Source: Candidatus Krumholzibacteriia bacterium
Lineage (GTDB): Bacteria; Krumholzibacteriota; Krumholzibacteriia; LZORAL124-64-63
Assembly: GCA_050174015.1 (NCBI GenBank)
Contig: JBFXKG010000002.1
Span: 128,001 to 192,000 of the forward strand
Direction: 5' to 3'
Length of the DNA stretch: 64,000 nucleotides
Position numbers and translations under genes: made by a program. The notes below the pieces were generated by a model. The model did not search any database and had not been told where the DNA came from. It saw only the letters and a program-made list of their open reading frames with translations. Of the stretch, positions 1 through 10,315 are shown piece by piece (positions within the stretch are counted from its first letter, which is position 1; every line of letters begins with the position of its first letter).

Positions 1-1
1 C

Positions 2-688
2 ATGGGCGCCGGCGAATGGCTGCGAGAGGCGGGCCGCAAGCCCTTCGTCATCAACGGCTACATGTACAGTACGGGTATGCTGGTCTCCGACACCGCCAGG
101 GTGGAGGATGCCGGCATGGCCGCCAGCGCCCGCTGGATCTCGCCCGAGGCCGCCGCCAGCGAGGTGCGCCTCGGCCACGATCTCTACCTCGCCTACTGCC
201 AGGTCTGCCACACCATGGCCGGCTACAACGGCCTGCGCCCCTTCCTGGCCCAGTGGGACGAGAGAACCGTCGCCAGCCTGGTCCCGCGCACCGAGCACAT
301 GCGGGCGCTGATGCCGCCCTGGTACGGCACGGAGGAAGAGAACGCCGCGCTGACCGCCTACCTCATGACCCAGAAACCGGCCGAACCAGGCCCCTGGCCC
401 GCCGACCAGGCGGCAGCCGAGCAGCTGGCCTGGGACATCTCCTGCGGCCTCTGCCACACCGTCGACGGGTTCCGCCCCCTGGTTGATTCCTTCGCGGGAC
501 AGAATCCCGAGGAGATCGACGGGTTCCTCGACGAGTCCGGCGACATCGTCGAGGAGATGCCGCCCTACTTCGGGACGGCCGAGCAACGCGCCGCCCTGGT
601 CAGGTTCCTGCACAAGATGAACCCGCCCGATGGTGCGGGGGCCCAGGCCGCCGCGCGGCCCGGTGGCGACGAAGGGAGGGACTCATGA
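2..688 (+). CDS. C-terminal part of cytochrome bd-like oxidase subunit I fused to two c-type heme domains (probably 5'-truncated by window edge)
   Basis: Two CxxCH motifs (CQVCH, CGLCH), each followed by an MPP distal-Met motif; N-terminal EWLREAGRKPFVI resembles the CydA ExGRQPW motif. Confidence 0.65.
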   Translation: MGAGEWLREAGRKPFVINGYMYSTGMLVSDTARVEDAGMAASARWISPEAAASEVRLGHDLYLAYCQVCHTMAGYNGLRPFLAQWDERTVASLVPRTEHMRALMPPWYGTEEENAALTAYLMTQKPAEPGPWPADQAAAEQLAWDISCGLCHTVDGFRPLVDSFAGQNPEEIDGFLDESGDIVEEMPPYFGTAEQRAALVRFLHKMNPPDGAGAQAAARPGGDEGRDS

Positions 689-1788
689 TGCCCGCCGTGA
701 TCGTGCCCGCGCCCGACGCCCTGCCGCTGCCGGCGCCCGTGTTCCTGCTGCAGATCCTGCTGCAGCTGACCTTCCTGCTGCACCTGGTGGCCATGAACGC
801 CATGGTGGGCGGTCTGATCCTGACCTTCTACGCCCGGCTGAAGGGCGGGGGTCCGTCCGCCCCGTGGACGAAGCTCGCCGACGCCCTGAGCAAGGTCACC
901 CCGTCCCTGGTCGCCGCCACCGTGACCCTGGGGGTGGCCCCGCTGCTCTTCCTGCAGACCATCTACGGCCAGTTCTTCTTCACGAGCTCGATCCTCATGG
1001 GCTGGGGCTGGTTCTCGGTCGTCGTGGTGCTGATCTTCGCCTACTACGGGACCTACCTGCAGTCGTTCAAGGGCCGGGCCCTGGGCGGGTCGCGCACGCC
1101 CCTGCTCGGAGTGACGCTGGTGCTGTTCCTGTGGATCGGATTCATGTTCAGCAACAACACCTCCCTGATGCTCAACGTGAGGGAGTGGGCGGCGATGTAC
1201 TTCGCCAGCCCCAAGGGGCTGCACCTGAACCTGGGCGACGTCCAGCTGGCGCCCCGTTACCTGCACATGGTCCTCGGATCGGTGGCGGTGGCCGGCCTGA
1301 TGCTCGCCTGGTGGGGACGAGCCCGGGTGCGCGCCGCCGACCAGAGCGGCGAGTTCATGGTCAGCGTGGGCATGAAAGCCTTCACCTGGCTGACCCTGGT
1401 GAACATCCTGATGGGCCTGTGGTATTACGTGGCCCAGCCCGCCCACGTGCGGAAGCTCTTCATGGGCGGGGACATCGCCGCCACCGCCCTGTTCGGGGTG
1501 GGATTCGTCCTGGGCATCGTGATGGCCGTCGCGGGGTTCAGGGGTCGCAGGCGGGGCTCGCGGATCGAACTGTGGCCGCTCACGATGCTGACCCTGATCC
1601 AGCTGGTGACCATGATCATGATGCGTGACACCGTGCGCAACGGCACCCTGGGGGCGGACTTCAGACCGGCCACCTTCGAGGTCCAGCCCCAGGTCCTGAA
1701 CCTGGTGATCTTCGCGGTGATGCTGGTGGCCGGTCTCGTGCTGCTGTTCTGGATGCTTCGGCAGTTCTTCGTGGCCTGGAACCGGTAG
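685..1788 (+). CDS. Polytopic membrane protein, likely CydA-like partner subunit of the upstream cytochrome
   Basis: About 9 hydrophobic segments, His in first TM (FLLHLVAMN) and RYLH; ATGA overlap with upstream gene. Confidence 0.6.
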   Translation: MMPAVIVPAPDALPLPAPVFLLQILLQLTFLLHLVAMNAMVGGLILTFYARLKGGGPSAPWTKLADALSKVTPSLVAATVTLGVAPLLFLQTIYGQFFFTSSILMGWGWFSVVVVLIFAYYGTYLQSFKGRALGGSRTPLLGVTLVLFLWIGFMFSNNTSLMLNVREWAAMYFASPKGLHLNLGDVQLAPRYLHMVLGSVAVAGLMLAWWGRARVRAADQSGEFMVSVGMKAFTWLTLVNILMGLWYYVAQPAHVRKLFMGGDIAATALFGVGFVLGIVMAVAGFRGRRRGSRIELWPLTMLTLIQLVTMIMMRDTVRNGTLGADFRPATFEVQPQVLNLVIFAVMLVAGLVLLFWMLRQFFVAWNR

Positions 1789-1940
1789 GCTTCACCGGCG
1801 GGGTTCCCGGCCCATCACGGGCCGTCCTGTGTTATCCTGGAAGGGCCTGGCTCACCTCGGTGACCAGGCCTTTCCCGTGATCATGGTCCGTGGGTTGGTG
1901 ACCCGATCCGGGTTGGCCAGGAGGAAGAGAGATCATCGGT

Positions 1941-2999
1941 ATGGCTCCTCAGCACGTTTCCACCGCAGAGGCGGGAGGCCGGGTCCTCCTGCTGGCTACA
2001 CTCGGCGCCATCTTCCTTTCATGTGCGGCGGCTGCATGGGGACAGCCGGATTCCCTGCGGATCATGCCCCTCGGAGATTCGATCACCGAGGGACGAGGCG
2101 GCGTGTCGGAGATCCAGTTGGGCTTCGCAAGCTATCGGTACTGGCTCTGGCACGAACTCGTGGACCGGGGTCATCCCGTGGACTTCGTCGGCAGCCAGTA
2201 CGGCGTCTGGAACGGGCCGCCCCCCTACACCGACTACGACATGGATCACGAGGGGCACTGGGGCTGGCGGGCGGACCAGATCCTTGCCGAGATCACCGGC
2301 TGGGTCGAGTCAGCCCGGCCCGACATCGTTCTGATCCACCTGGGGCACAACGACCTGTGGCAGGGAGAGAGCATCGCCAGCACCATCGTGGACCTGGGGG
2401 GAATCATCGACGGGATCCGGGGGGTGAACCCGAGGGCGATCCTTCTTCTGGCCCGGGTGATTCCGCCCGCCCTCGGAGCACCGGACAGTCTGCCCGAACT
2501 CAACGATCAGATCGACATCCTGGGTGTGCAGATGAACACCCCTGAATCGCCGGTCATCGTCGTCGATCACGAGACGGGCTTCGATCCCTGGATCCATACC
2601 TACGACAGCGTTCATCCCAACGAGCTGGGCGAGCAGTTCATGGCCCAGCGGTGGCTGGCGCCGCTCGATTCGATCCTCACCCACCTGGCCGATGTCGCGC
2701 CCGTCCCGGCGTCGACCCGTGCCGGCCTGGGGCTTGCCAACTTCCCGAACCCCTTCAATCCGGCCACCGTGATCACCTTCTCGCTGCCGCACCGGACCCG
2801 GGTCCGGCTCTGCGTCTACGACGTTGCCGGACGCAGGATCCGGACCCTGCTGGATGGTCAGGTATTGGAGGCGGGATCCGAGCAGCTCGTATGGCAGGGG
2901 CGGGACGACGCCGGAAAGGTGGTCGGTGCTGGGGTCTTTTTCATCCGCCTGGAGATCGACGATGCCGGCGAGACACGGCGGTTGACCTTGATCAAGTAG
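1941..2999 (+). CDS. Secreted SGNH/GDSL hydrolase (carbohydrate esterase family 3-like) with FlgD-Ig C-terminal domain
   Basis: Signal peptide, MPLGDSIT, HEGHWGW, LGHND, DSVHPN; C-terminal NFPNPFNP...WQGRDDAG. Confidence 0.85.
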   Translation: MAPQHVSTAEAGGRVLLLATLGAIFLSCAAAAWGQPDSLRIMPLGDSITEGRGGVSEIQLGFASYRYWLWHELVDRGHPVDFVGSQYGVWNGPPPYTDYDMDHEGHWGWRADQILAEITGWVESARPDIVLIHLGHNDLWQGESIASTIVDLGGIIDGIRGVNPRAILLLARVIPPALGAPDSLPELNDQIDILGVQMNTPESPVIVVDHETGFDPWIHTYDSVHPNELGEQFMAQRWLAPLDSILTHLADVAPVPASTRAGLGLANFPNPFNPATVITFSLPHRTRVRLCVYDVAGRRIRTLLDGQVLEAGSEQLVWQGRDDAGKVVGAGVFFIRLEIDDAGETRRLTLIK

Positions 3000-3067
3000 C
3001 CCGCGCCCGCTTCATGTGCAGGATGTTCCCATCCTGCAGCACACTTCCATGGGGACCTGGAGCAACG

Positions 3068-6000
3068 TCATCGCACCAGAGCCATTTTTCCCACCTTCAC
3101 ATTGCCGGCGCTGCGCACCTCGTAGAAATAGACCCCCGAGGCGGCTTCCGCGCCCCGCTGATCCTTCCCGTCCCAGAACACCGAACCGGCCCCGGCGGGC
3201 CGGACCTCGTCCAGCACCGTGGCCACCAGGTCCCCGCGCAGTCCGAAGACCTTCACGCTCACCGGGCCGGTCGCCGGCAGATTGAACCGGACCTCGCACC
3301 GGGGATTGAAGGGGTTGGGATGCTGGGAGGCGTTGAACACACCTGCTTCCGGAACATCGGTGGGGAAGTAGACCTGGGCATCGAGCCCGAGGTACCCGAG
3401 GACGTCATTCAGGATCCGGGCCCGAGCCGGCCTGGGGGCCAGGGACTTGGCTTCGTCCGGATCGTTGTAGATGGACATGAAATCGTAGGGCATGGAGACG
3501 ACCTTGCTGCCCAGGTAGGTGTTTGCGGTCATGGCGCTGTAGATGTAGGCGCCGGGATTCCCGGCCGGATCGCAGAACTCCGCCAGCCTGGCGGCGGAGG
3601 CGGCGGGGACCACGGCGTCGAAGGTGTTGATTCCCGGGCAGCCGCCGTAGGCGATCCAGGAATCGGCGTTGAAGATCACGCCGGCGCCGGTCACCGGGAC
3701 GACCCGGGGCGAGGTCTGGGATCCGATCAGGGGCCTCAGATCGTTGCTCTGGAGGGAAGCGAGGCCCAGGCGGTCCTGGGCGAAGGCCAAGGTGGCCGAT
3801 CCGGACTGGACCAGATCCGAGGCCAATTTGTCCCCGGTGCAGAACATTCCCTTGCCGCCCAGGTCGAGCCACTGGGTCAGCACGCCCACGTCGTCACCGG
3901 GGTCATTCTGGAAATCGCCGTTGCTGATGGTTGTGAGCCCCAGATCGCCACAGGTGTACAGCAGGATCTGGTACCCGGCGAGGGTGGACCAGGTAGCCCG
4001 GCCTCCCAGACCGTTGCCCAATCCGGAACTGGGGCCGTTGGTGTAGTAGACGTCATAGTCGAACCCGAACCCCGGGGCGTATTCCAGGCCCAGCTGGTCG
4101 AAGGCTCCGTACCATTCCTCTTCGCCGCCGCGATTGCCGAAGTCGTTCCAGAACAGGACCGGGGGCCAGACGAGGTCGCCGGTGAAGTCCATCCTCAGGG
4201 TCGGCAGCGCCCTCACCGTGAACGAGGAATGGTAGGACAGGGGATGCGAGAAATCGCTGAAACCCGTGGTGTCCGCGGGCAGGATGGCCGTGCGGTCGCC
4301 CGTTCCGCCTCCGTCGTCCTGGGCCCGGATGAAGTAGTGCAGGACGTCTCCGGGGAAGAGGAACCCCGTGTCGGGCAGGTCGAAGGCGAAGCGCTCCTCC
4401 ATGACATAGCCGCCGGGGGATACGGCGTTCCAGCCCGGCACGCTGCCGCTGGTGGCCGAGCCGAAGGGGCTGGTGCGATAGGGGTCGAACAGGGGGTTGG
4501 GCCGCAGGCGCCATTCGAGAGTGGGCATGCCCGCCAGGTTCGATCCCCCCAGGAGAGGCATGATGTCCACGACGATGGAATCGCCGGGGTCGTTCCGCAG
4601 ATGCTCGGCCAGGGAGATGTTCCGGGCCATGTCGAACCGGACGCTGTGGGAGCCGAGGTCGCCGGTGTCGATGGACCCGCGGGCGGGGAACCCGTCGTTG
4701 GCGAGGTCGATCTCGCGGGTGTACATGGCAGGCCCGTCGAGGGGATAGACCTTGATCGAGACGTTGTCGAAATAGGGAGCAGGGTAGCCGTCGTCCCCGG
4801 CCCAGCCCCAGACGTAGCCGAGCTCGAGGATCTCCAGCTTCGCCTGGACGAACGTTCTGCCGGGAACCATCAGATCCGGAATGGGCCAGGTGGGCCGGTA
4901 ATAATCGGGGCCGCCGTAGTAGACGAAGGCGCGGTCCTGCCAGTAGGCATCCTCGATGGCGGCGGGATCGCCGCTGTCGGTGGAACGCATGGCCCACAGG
5001 TAGAACATCCCCGGGGCGTCGGCCGTCAGATCCTCGTGACGGTAGACGTCGAAGGCGAAGGTGACGCCGTCGAACGAGGGATCGGGCCAGGGCATCACGG
5101 GTGAGAGGATGGAGTTGTGGATGTGGTATTCGGGCCCTGCCAGACCTCCGGTGGTCGTGACGATGTGCCCCCCTGGACCGTAGCACCAGTTGATGCAGTC
5201 GCTGCCGCCGGTCCCGGGCACCACGTTGCCGTCGTCGATGAAGGCGACCTGGGTCGTGGGATTCTGCTTGCAGGGATCCAGGTCCTGCAGGCCCGTCCAG
5301 AGGAAGGCGAAATCACCGACGCCCTGGGGCACATGGCTCTCCCAGTGGCCGAAGGTGCCGTCCTGGAAATCGTCCAGGGTGGTGATCGTCGCCTCGCCGT
5401 TGGTCACGGTCACCGTGAGATCGTCGATCTGGCAGGCCCCGGCGGTCGGGAAGTTGCAATCGGAATCCGACCAGCCGCCGTCGCTGGTGAACCGGAAGAA
5501 GATCTCGATGTCGGTCCCGTCCCGGTACTCGCCGGGCAGGAACGTCATGGTCTCGTCGATGGCGAGCAGGGTGTTGCCGCCGCCGTCCCAGATCCGCTTG
5601 TCGATGAAGGTGTTGCCCTCGAGGCGATAGCAGAGATGGACGTAGTCGTACCCCGGCTCGGTGTCCAGCACCATGGCGCACGTGACGCGGACGGTGGAGG
5701 AGAGGTCGGGGCGAGGCGCGGCGGCGCGCCAGCGCAGCAGCTCATCCCAGTTGTTGCCGTATCCCCAGGCCGAATCGGCGGGAGAACAGGCCGGACTGTC
5801 CTCCCCGCACCACGCGGCCAGGTTCCCGGGACCCTGCCCGAACGCGGGCCAGTTCCGGTCGCTGACGTTCCAGTGGGACGTGGTGGGCTGGGTGTTGTCG
5901 ATGCTGGTCCAGCCGGCCCACCCGCTCTCGAAATCGCCGATGAACGCGGCGTCCGAACCCGTGGGGCCCATGAGCTGGATGGTGTCGCCCGCGGCCTTGG

Positions 6001-6133
6001 GGCCGCCGACGGATCCACCGAAGATGACGGAGCCTGAATCGATCGCGCGCTGCGGCGGCTCGAACTGGGCACTTGCGGCGGAGGCGCATGCCACCGCCAG
6101 GATCGCCAGGAGGCGGAGAGAGCGAGACGTCAT
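3068..6133 (-). CDS. Large secreted protein of unknown function with FlgD-Ig C-terminal domain
   Basis: Signal peptide MTSRSLRLLAILAVACASAASA; jelly-roll-like DTEPGYDY...QIDD motifs; C-terminal HPNPFNP...WDGKDQRG. Confidence 0.8.
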   Translation of the reverse strand: MTSRSLRLLAILAVACASAASAQFEPPQRAIDSGSVIFGGSVGGPKAAGDTIQLMGPTGSDAAFIGDFESGWAGWTSIDNTQPTTSHWNVSDRNWPAFGQGPGNLAAWCGEDSPACSPADSAWGYGNNWDELLRWRAAAPRPDLSSTVRVTCAMVLDTEPGYDYVHLCYRLEGNTFIDKRIWDGGGNTLLAIDETMTFLPGEYRDGTDIEIFFRFTSDGGWSDSDCNFPTAGACQIDDLTVTVTNGEATITTLDDFQDGTFGHWESHVPQGVGDFAFLWTGLQDLDPCKQNPTTQVAFIDDGNVVPGTGGSDCINWCYGPGGHIVTTTGGLAGPEYHIHNSILSPVMPWPDPSFDGVTFAFDVYRHEDLTADAPGMFYLWAMRSTDSGDPAAIEDAYWQDRAFVYYGGPDYYRPTWPIPDLMVPGRTFVQAKLEILELGYVWGWAGDDGYPAPYFDNVSIKVYPLDGPAMYTREIDLANDGFPARGSIDTGDLGSHSVRFDMARNISLAEHLRNDPGDSIVVDIMPLLGGSNLAGMPTLEWRLRPNPLFDPYRTSPFGSATSGSVPGWNAVSPGGYVMEERFAFDLPDTGFLFPGDVLHYFIRAQDDGGGTGDRTAILPADTTGFSDFSHPLSYHSSFTVRALPTLRMDFTGDLVWPPVLFWNDFGNRGGEEEWYGAFDQLGLEYAPGFGFDYDVYYTNGPSSGLGNGLGGRATWSTLAGYQILLYTCGDLGLTTISNGDFQNDPGDDVGVLTQWLDLGGKGMFCTGDKLASDLVQSGSATLAFAQDRLGLASLQSNDLRPLIGSQTSPRVVPVTGAGVIFNADSWIAYGGCPGINTFDAVVPAASAARLAEFCDPAGNPGAYIYSAMTANTYLGSKVVSMPYDFMSIYNDPDEAKSLAPRPARARILNDVLGYLGLDAQVYFPTDVPEAGVFNASQHPNPFNPRCEVRFNLPATGPVSVKVFGLRGDLVATVLDEVRPAGAGSVFWDGKDQRGAEAASGVYFYEVRSAGNVKVGKMALVR

Positions 6134-6211
6134 GGTTTCCCCCTTGCAGCCGTTATCGAATCGACAGGGCGTCATCATAACATAAGGACGGGGGCCCCGG
6201 GAGAAAAGACC

Positions 6212-9200
6212 TTACCGAACCAGCATCAACTTCCCGGTCACCGGAGCGATTCCATCCTGCTGCAGGCGGGCCAGATAGGTCCCGCTTGGCGCCTGGCGGC
6301 CCTGTTCGTCCCGGCCGTCCCAGAGGACCTGATGATCACCGACCGGCATGGTCCGATCGACGATCCGCCGCACCAGGCGGCCGCGCACGTCATAGATCTC
6401 CAGCCCCACGTGGCCCGGCGTGGCGACCGCGAAGTGGAGCACGGTGCGGGGATTGAAGGGATTGGGATGGCCCGCCAGGGTGGAGGGGGATGCCGCCGGC
6501 GGACCATCCTGGACGCCTGACACATCCTCGCCATAGACGAGGGTGACAGGCAGGAAGTGGGCGTTCACCGGGTCGTTGCCGACGATGACGACGGAGGTGG
6601 AGTGCACGCCGGGAACCACGGCCGACACGTCGAACGAAAGCTCCAGCGTCGCCGAATCTCCCGGAGCAATGGCCGAGGTGGACCAGGCGACCTCGAGCCA
6701 GGGCGCGGATTCGTAGACCTCGCTCAGGCGCAGGGGCATCACGCCGTCGTTGTGGATCCGGATGGGATCCCCGGGTTCGGTGGGCGCCAGGGCCAGGGCC
6801 GCGGGGATGTCGATCAGGCCGGCGCCGGTGTAGTCGTCCCGACCGGAGCTCGCCGGCGAGGCGGACAGGTCGACGGCCGTGGTCTCCAGCAGCTCGGCGA
6901 TCTGCCCCGGGGTGATCCCCGGGTTGGCCTGCATGAGGATGCACGCGGCGCCGGTCACCAGGGGACAGGCCATGCTGGTTCCGGTGTAGACCACGTAGCC
7001 GTAGTCGCCGCTGCAGCTGCGGATCAGTTCCCCTGGCGCGGCCACGTCCGGCTTCTGCAAACCGGGCGGGTAGGGATAGTCGCGGTAGCTGGCCGTGCTG
7101 AAAGGATTGGTCACGTCCCAGGACGTGGGCCCGTAGCTGCTGGTGCCGGAGAGGGTCAGGTCCTGCTTGATCCCGCCCACGGTGATCACGGCGCCCTGGC
7201 CGCCGTTGGGCGCGTACCAGGGGTTGGGGCAGTCGCCGGGGCTGGCGATGTCGGTGGGCAGGGGGAAATGCCCGCCGTAGCCGTCCCCGTTGCCGGCGGC
7301 GGCGATCAGGGGGATGCCCACGCTCAGGAAGAGCTCGCTGTTGTAGCGGTTGGCCGCCCGCACGTCGTCCGGAGCGTTGGACCAGCCGGCGCTCATGCTG
7401 AAGATCTCCACGCCGTTGTCCAGACCGAACTGCTCGGCGGCCACGAGGTCCTCGAAGTAGCCGGGCACCGCGCGCAGGGCCATCAGGACGGCCCCGGGGG
7501 CGCTGCCGCAGGCGGTCCCCGCCGTGCCGTCGCCGACGATCAGGCCCGAGGTGTGCGTGCCGTGGTACCAGTCGGTGTCGCCGTCGTAGGGGTCGTTGTC
7601 CAGGTCGATGGCGTCGAAGCCGTGGTTCGGATACGCGGCGCCCCCGTCCCACATGTGCCGGTACAGGTCCGGATGGTCGTAGCAGATGCCGGTGTCGATG
7701 TGGCCGACGAGCACTCCGTCACCATCGAAGCCCGCGCCCCACGCCTCGGGGGCGCCGATGGTCTGAAGGTGCCAGGCCAGGGCCTTGTCGGCTCCCGAGG
7801 CAACCGGTCCAGCGGCCTGAGTCGCGGGGCCGCCGAAGGTCATGCTCTTCAGATCGTCCAGCCACAGTCTGCCCACCGACGGGTGGCCGGCAAGGGCGGC
7901 CACCCCCTCGGCGGTCATCTCCGCGACGGTGACCTGGGCCGACCAGTAGGTCCGGGCGGGGCGGGCGAGTCCCCGCCGGACCAGGTCGTCCAGAACCGGT
8001 GCGAGTTCGCGGCTCTGCCGCTGCGCAATCGTTCGCGCGGCATCCAGCACGGCCGCCCGGCGCACCCCGGGATCGGCCGATTTCAGGGCGGCGGACATGG
8101 CCGCCGGATCGAGGCGTTCGGCGGGCACGATCACCACGCGCAGCAGCTCGGAGGCCCCGGCCTTGGCGGTGGCTGACGCCAGGCGCTCGCTGACCACCGG
8201 CAGGTGCACTTCGCGCCGCACCGGGGGGTCGCCCACGAGCCCGTCGATCCGGGCCTTGTCCAGGGCGACGACCTTGGTGAACGAGGCGGGTTCCAGGCGC
8301 AGGACGGGATCGCCGTCCACCCAGGTGAAGGTACGCTCGAAGATGTTGTCGGTCTCGCCGATCTCGGCGATCGCACCCCCGGCATCCAGGCGCACGGTCA
8401 ACGTGTGCTGGCCGGAGCCGACGATCAGGGGATGGTCCTCGAGGGGGAAGTACGACCCGGCGGGCATGCTGCCCCCGAGGGTCCAGACGGCGACCTCGGA
8501 GCCGTCGAGATCAAGGGCGACGTCGAATTCGCCGGTGATGTCCGCCAGACCGCCGTTCATGAAGGCGAAGCTCACGAAGGTCGTGTCGCCGGCGGACAGC
8601 CACTCGGCGGTGCGTCCGCCGCGCTCCATCGAGACCGTCAGGAAGGAGTCCCAGCCGGCGGGGGTGAAGGGCGACAGGTCGGGCGAGAGCCCGCGGCGGC
8701 TGGTGTAGACGTTGTGGCCCTGGGTGGGATAGTCGCGGCGGTCGATCCATGCCGCGGCCGCTCCCGCGCTCGCCGCCGCGCCGGCGCAGGAGTGGAACTG
8801 GGGCTCGACCCGGGGCTGGTCGCTGACGATCTCCACCCCGCCGAACATGTCGATGTGGCCGAACCCCGAGCCCATGCGCCCGGCCAGGGTGAACTCGTCC
8901 GCGCCAGGAGGGCCGTCCAGCCACAGGCAACCCACGATCCCCTCGTGGGCGAAGATCGCCGGCCCCACGCTCTCGTACTCGTCGGCGATCATGCCGTAGG
9001 GGCCGAAGAAGGTCGCCCCCGCGTCCCACGAGTAGATGTAGATGATGTCCCCGTCGGTGCTCAGTCCGTCGGAGTAGTCCAGCTGGAAGACCGTGTAGAC
9101 CGCGTCGCCCCGGCACGCCAGGCGGGGGAAGCCCGTGTTGTTGGACGTCCAGCCGCTCAGGCTGCCCGGGTCGCAGAAGCACCCGTCGTAGGTGTCGGTG

Positions 9201-10267
9201 GCGATCAGGATCTCCACTTCGCCCGTGTAAGGGTCGGCCTCGGCGTTGATGAAGTGGACTGTGCCCGCGTCCATGGCCACGTCGGGCCACAGGTCCTCGT
9301 ACCCGTCGGGCAGGAAGTAGTCGTAGTTGACGGTCTGGCCGCCGTTGGTGGAGTGGAGGAACAGCAGGGTCCATTCGTACTGCAGCCAGTCCCAGTTGAT
9401 GGTGTTCCAGCCGACGGCGATGAAGACCTTGGCGTAGTTGCCGGCGCCCGAGACCGCGATGGACGGCGTGGCCAAAGGTTCACCCACCTGGAACCCCAGC
9501 ACCTCGCCCCACGCGGTGGGGTCGCCGGGCTGGGCCGAGCGCGTGCGGATGAGGTACCCGTCGGCGCGCACCCACACCACGTGGATGTAGCCGCCGCCGT
9601 CGATGGCCAGTTCGGGGTGGTACTCGTCGCTGGAGAACGAGGGCATCTCCCAGCTGGTCCAGGTGCGGCCCAGGTCCAGGGAGCGGGCGATGTGGACGTC
9701 CCGGTCGACCCCGCCCAGATCGGTGGCGGCGAAGACCGCGAACAGGAAGCCCGACACCGGATCCACCGCGAGGGAGACGTACTCGTCGTTCATGTCGGTG
9801 GGGTTGGCCAGGAGGCGGTCGGGACCCCAGGGGGCGGCCCCCTTGACCGCGGCGGCGCGGGGGGGCGGGCCGGATGCAGGTCCGGCCGCCGGGGCCCCGC
9901 GCATGAACCGCGGATCCTGGAGGCGGGCGATGGCTTTTTCCAGCTCGGGAGTCAGGACGCTGCGGGATTCCTCCCGGACGCCTGCCTGCCTGGTCGATCC
10001 GGTCAGGTCGATCTCGGCGAAGGGAGGGCGTTTGCCCAGGTCGTCCCCGGCGGTCCGGGCCGTGGCGCGGTGACGGGTCGGTCTGGAGTGGACGTCCACG
10101 GGTCCGGCCTGCGGCAGCCGCTGGTGATGGCTCACGGCAGCCGGCAGGCGGACCTCCTTGGCCAGGGCGAGGGGGACCGGGTGCTCCTGGGACCGGCCTG
10201 CTCCCGACAGCAGCAGGATGGCGGCGCCGAGGGCCAGCATGCTGGTGATGGATCCGGGACGCTGCAT
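6212..10267 (-). CDS. Secreted multidomain S8 (subtilisin-like) peptidase with N-terminal propeller-like region, CARDB-like, Ig-like and FlgD-Ig domains
   Basis: Triad motifs HIDTG, HGTHTSG, GTSMACP, oxyanion AAGN; Asp-box-like SLDLGRTW, STNGGQT, SWDAGATF; C-terminal HPNPFNP. Confidence 0.9.
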   Translation of the reverse strand: MQRPGSITSMLALGAAILLLSGAGRSQEHPVPLALAKEVRLPAAVSHHQRLPQAGPVDVHSRPTRHRATARTAGDDLGKRPPFAEIDLTGSTRQAGVREESRSVLTPELEKAIARLQDPRFMRGAPAAGPASGPPPRAAAVKGAAPWGPDRLLANPTDMNDEYVSLAVDPVSGFLFAVFAATDLGGVDRDVHIARSLDLGRTWTSWEMPSFSSDEYHPELAIDGGGYIHVVWVRADGYLIRTRSAQPGDPTAWGEVLGFQVGEPLATPSIAVSGAGNYAKVFIAVGWNTINWDWLQYEWTLLFLHSTNGGQTVNYDYFLPDGYEDLWPDVAMDAGTVHFINAEADPYTGEVEILIATDTYDGCFCDPGSLSGWTSNNTGFPRLACRGDAVYTVFQLDYSDGLSTDGDIIYIYSWDAGATFFGPYGMIADEYESVGPAIFAHEGIVGCLWLDGPPGADEFTLAGRMGSGFGHIDMFGGVEIVSDQPRVEPQFHSCAGAAASAGAAAAWIDRRDYPTQGHNVYTSRRGLSPDLSPFTPAGWDSFLTVSMERGGRTAEWLSAGDTTFVSFAFMNGGLADITGEFDVALDLDGSEVAVWTLGGSMPAGSYFPLEDHPLIVGSGQHTLTVRLDAGGAIAEIGETDNIFERTFTWVDGDPVLRLEPASFTKVVALDKARIDGLVGDPPVRREVHLPVVSERLASATAKAGASELLRVVIVPAERLDPAAMSAALKSADPGVRRAAVLDAARTIAQRQSRELAPVLDDLVRRGLARPARTYWSAQVTVAEMTAEGVAALAGHPSVGRLWLDDLKSMTFGGPATQAAGPVASGADKALAWHLQTIGAPEAWGAGFDGDGVLVGHIDTGICYDHPDLYRHMWDGGAAYPNHGFDAIDLDNDPYDGDTDWYHGTHTSGLIVGDGTAGTACGSAPGAVLMALRAVPGYFEDLVAAEQFGLDNGVEIFSMSAGWSNAPDDVRAANRYNSELFLSVGIPLIAAAGNGDGYGGHFPLPTDIASPGDCPNPWYAPNGGQGAVITVGGIKQDLTLSGTSSYGPTSWDVTNPFSTASYRDYPYPPGLQKPDVAAPGELIRSCSGDYGYVVYTGTSMACPLVTGAACILMQANPGITPGQIAELLETTAVDLSASPASSGRDDYTGAGLIDIPAALALAPTEPGDPIRIHNDGVMPLRLSEVYESAPWLEVAWSTSAIAPGDSATLELSFDVSAVVPGVHSTSVVIVGNDPVNAHFLPVTLVYGEDVSGVQDGPPAASPSTLAGHPNPFNPRTVLHFAVATPGHVGLEIYDVRGRLVRRIVDRTMPVGDHQVLWDGRDEQGRQAPSGTYLARLQQDGIAPVTGKLMLVR

Positions 10268-10315
10268 GGACCGCTCCAGATGAAATTGATGAAAAAAACT
10301 TTTTTGCGCAAGATG

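Noticed and set aside
1814..1881. Long hairpin after the cytochrome operon as an ncRNA
   Set aside because: Simple GC-rich stem without T tract or recognisable motif; most likely a transcript-end structure
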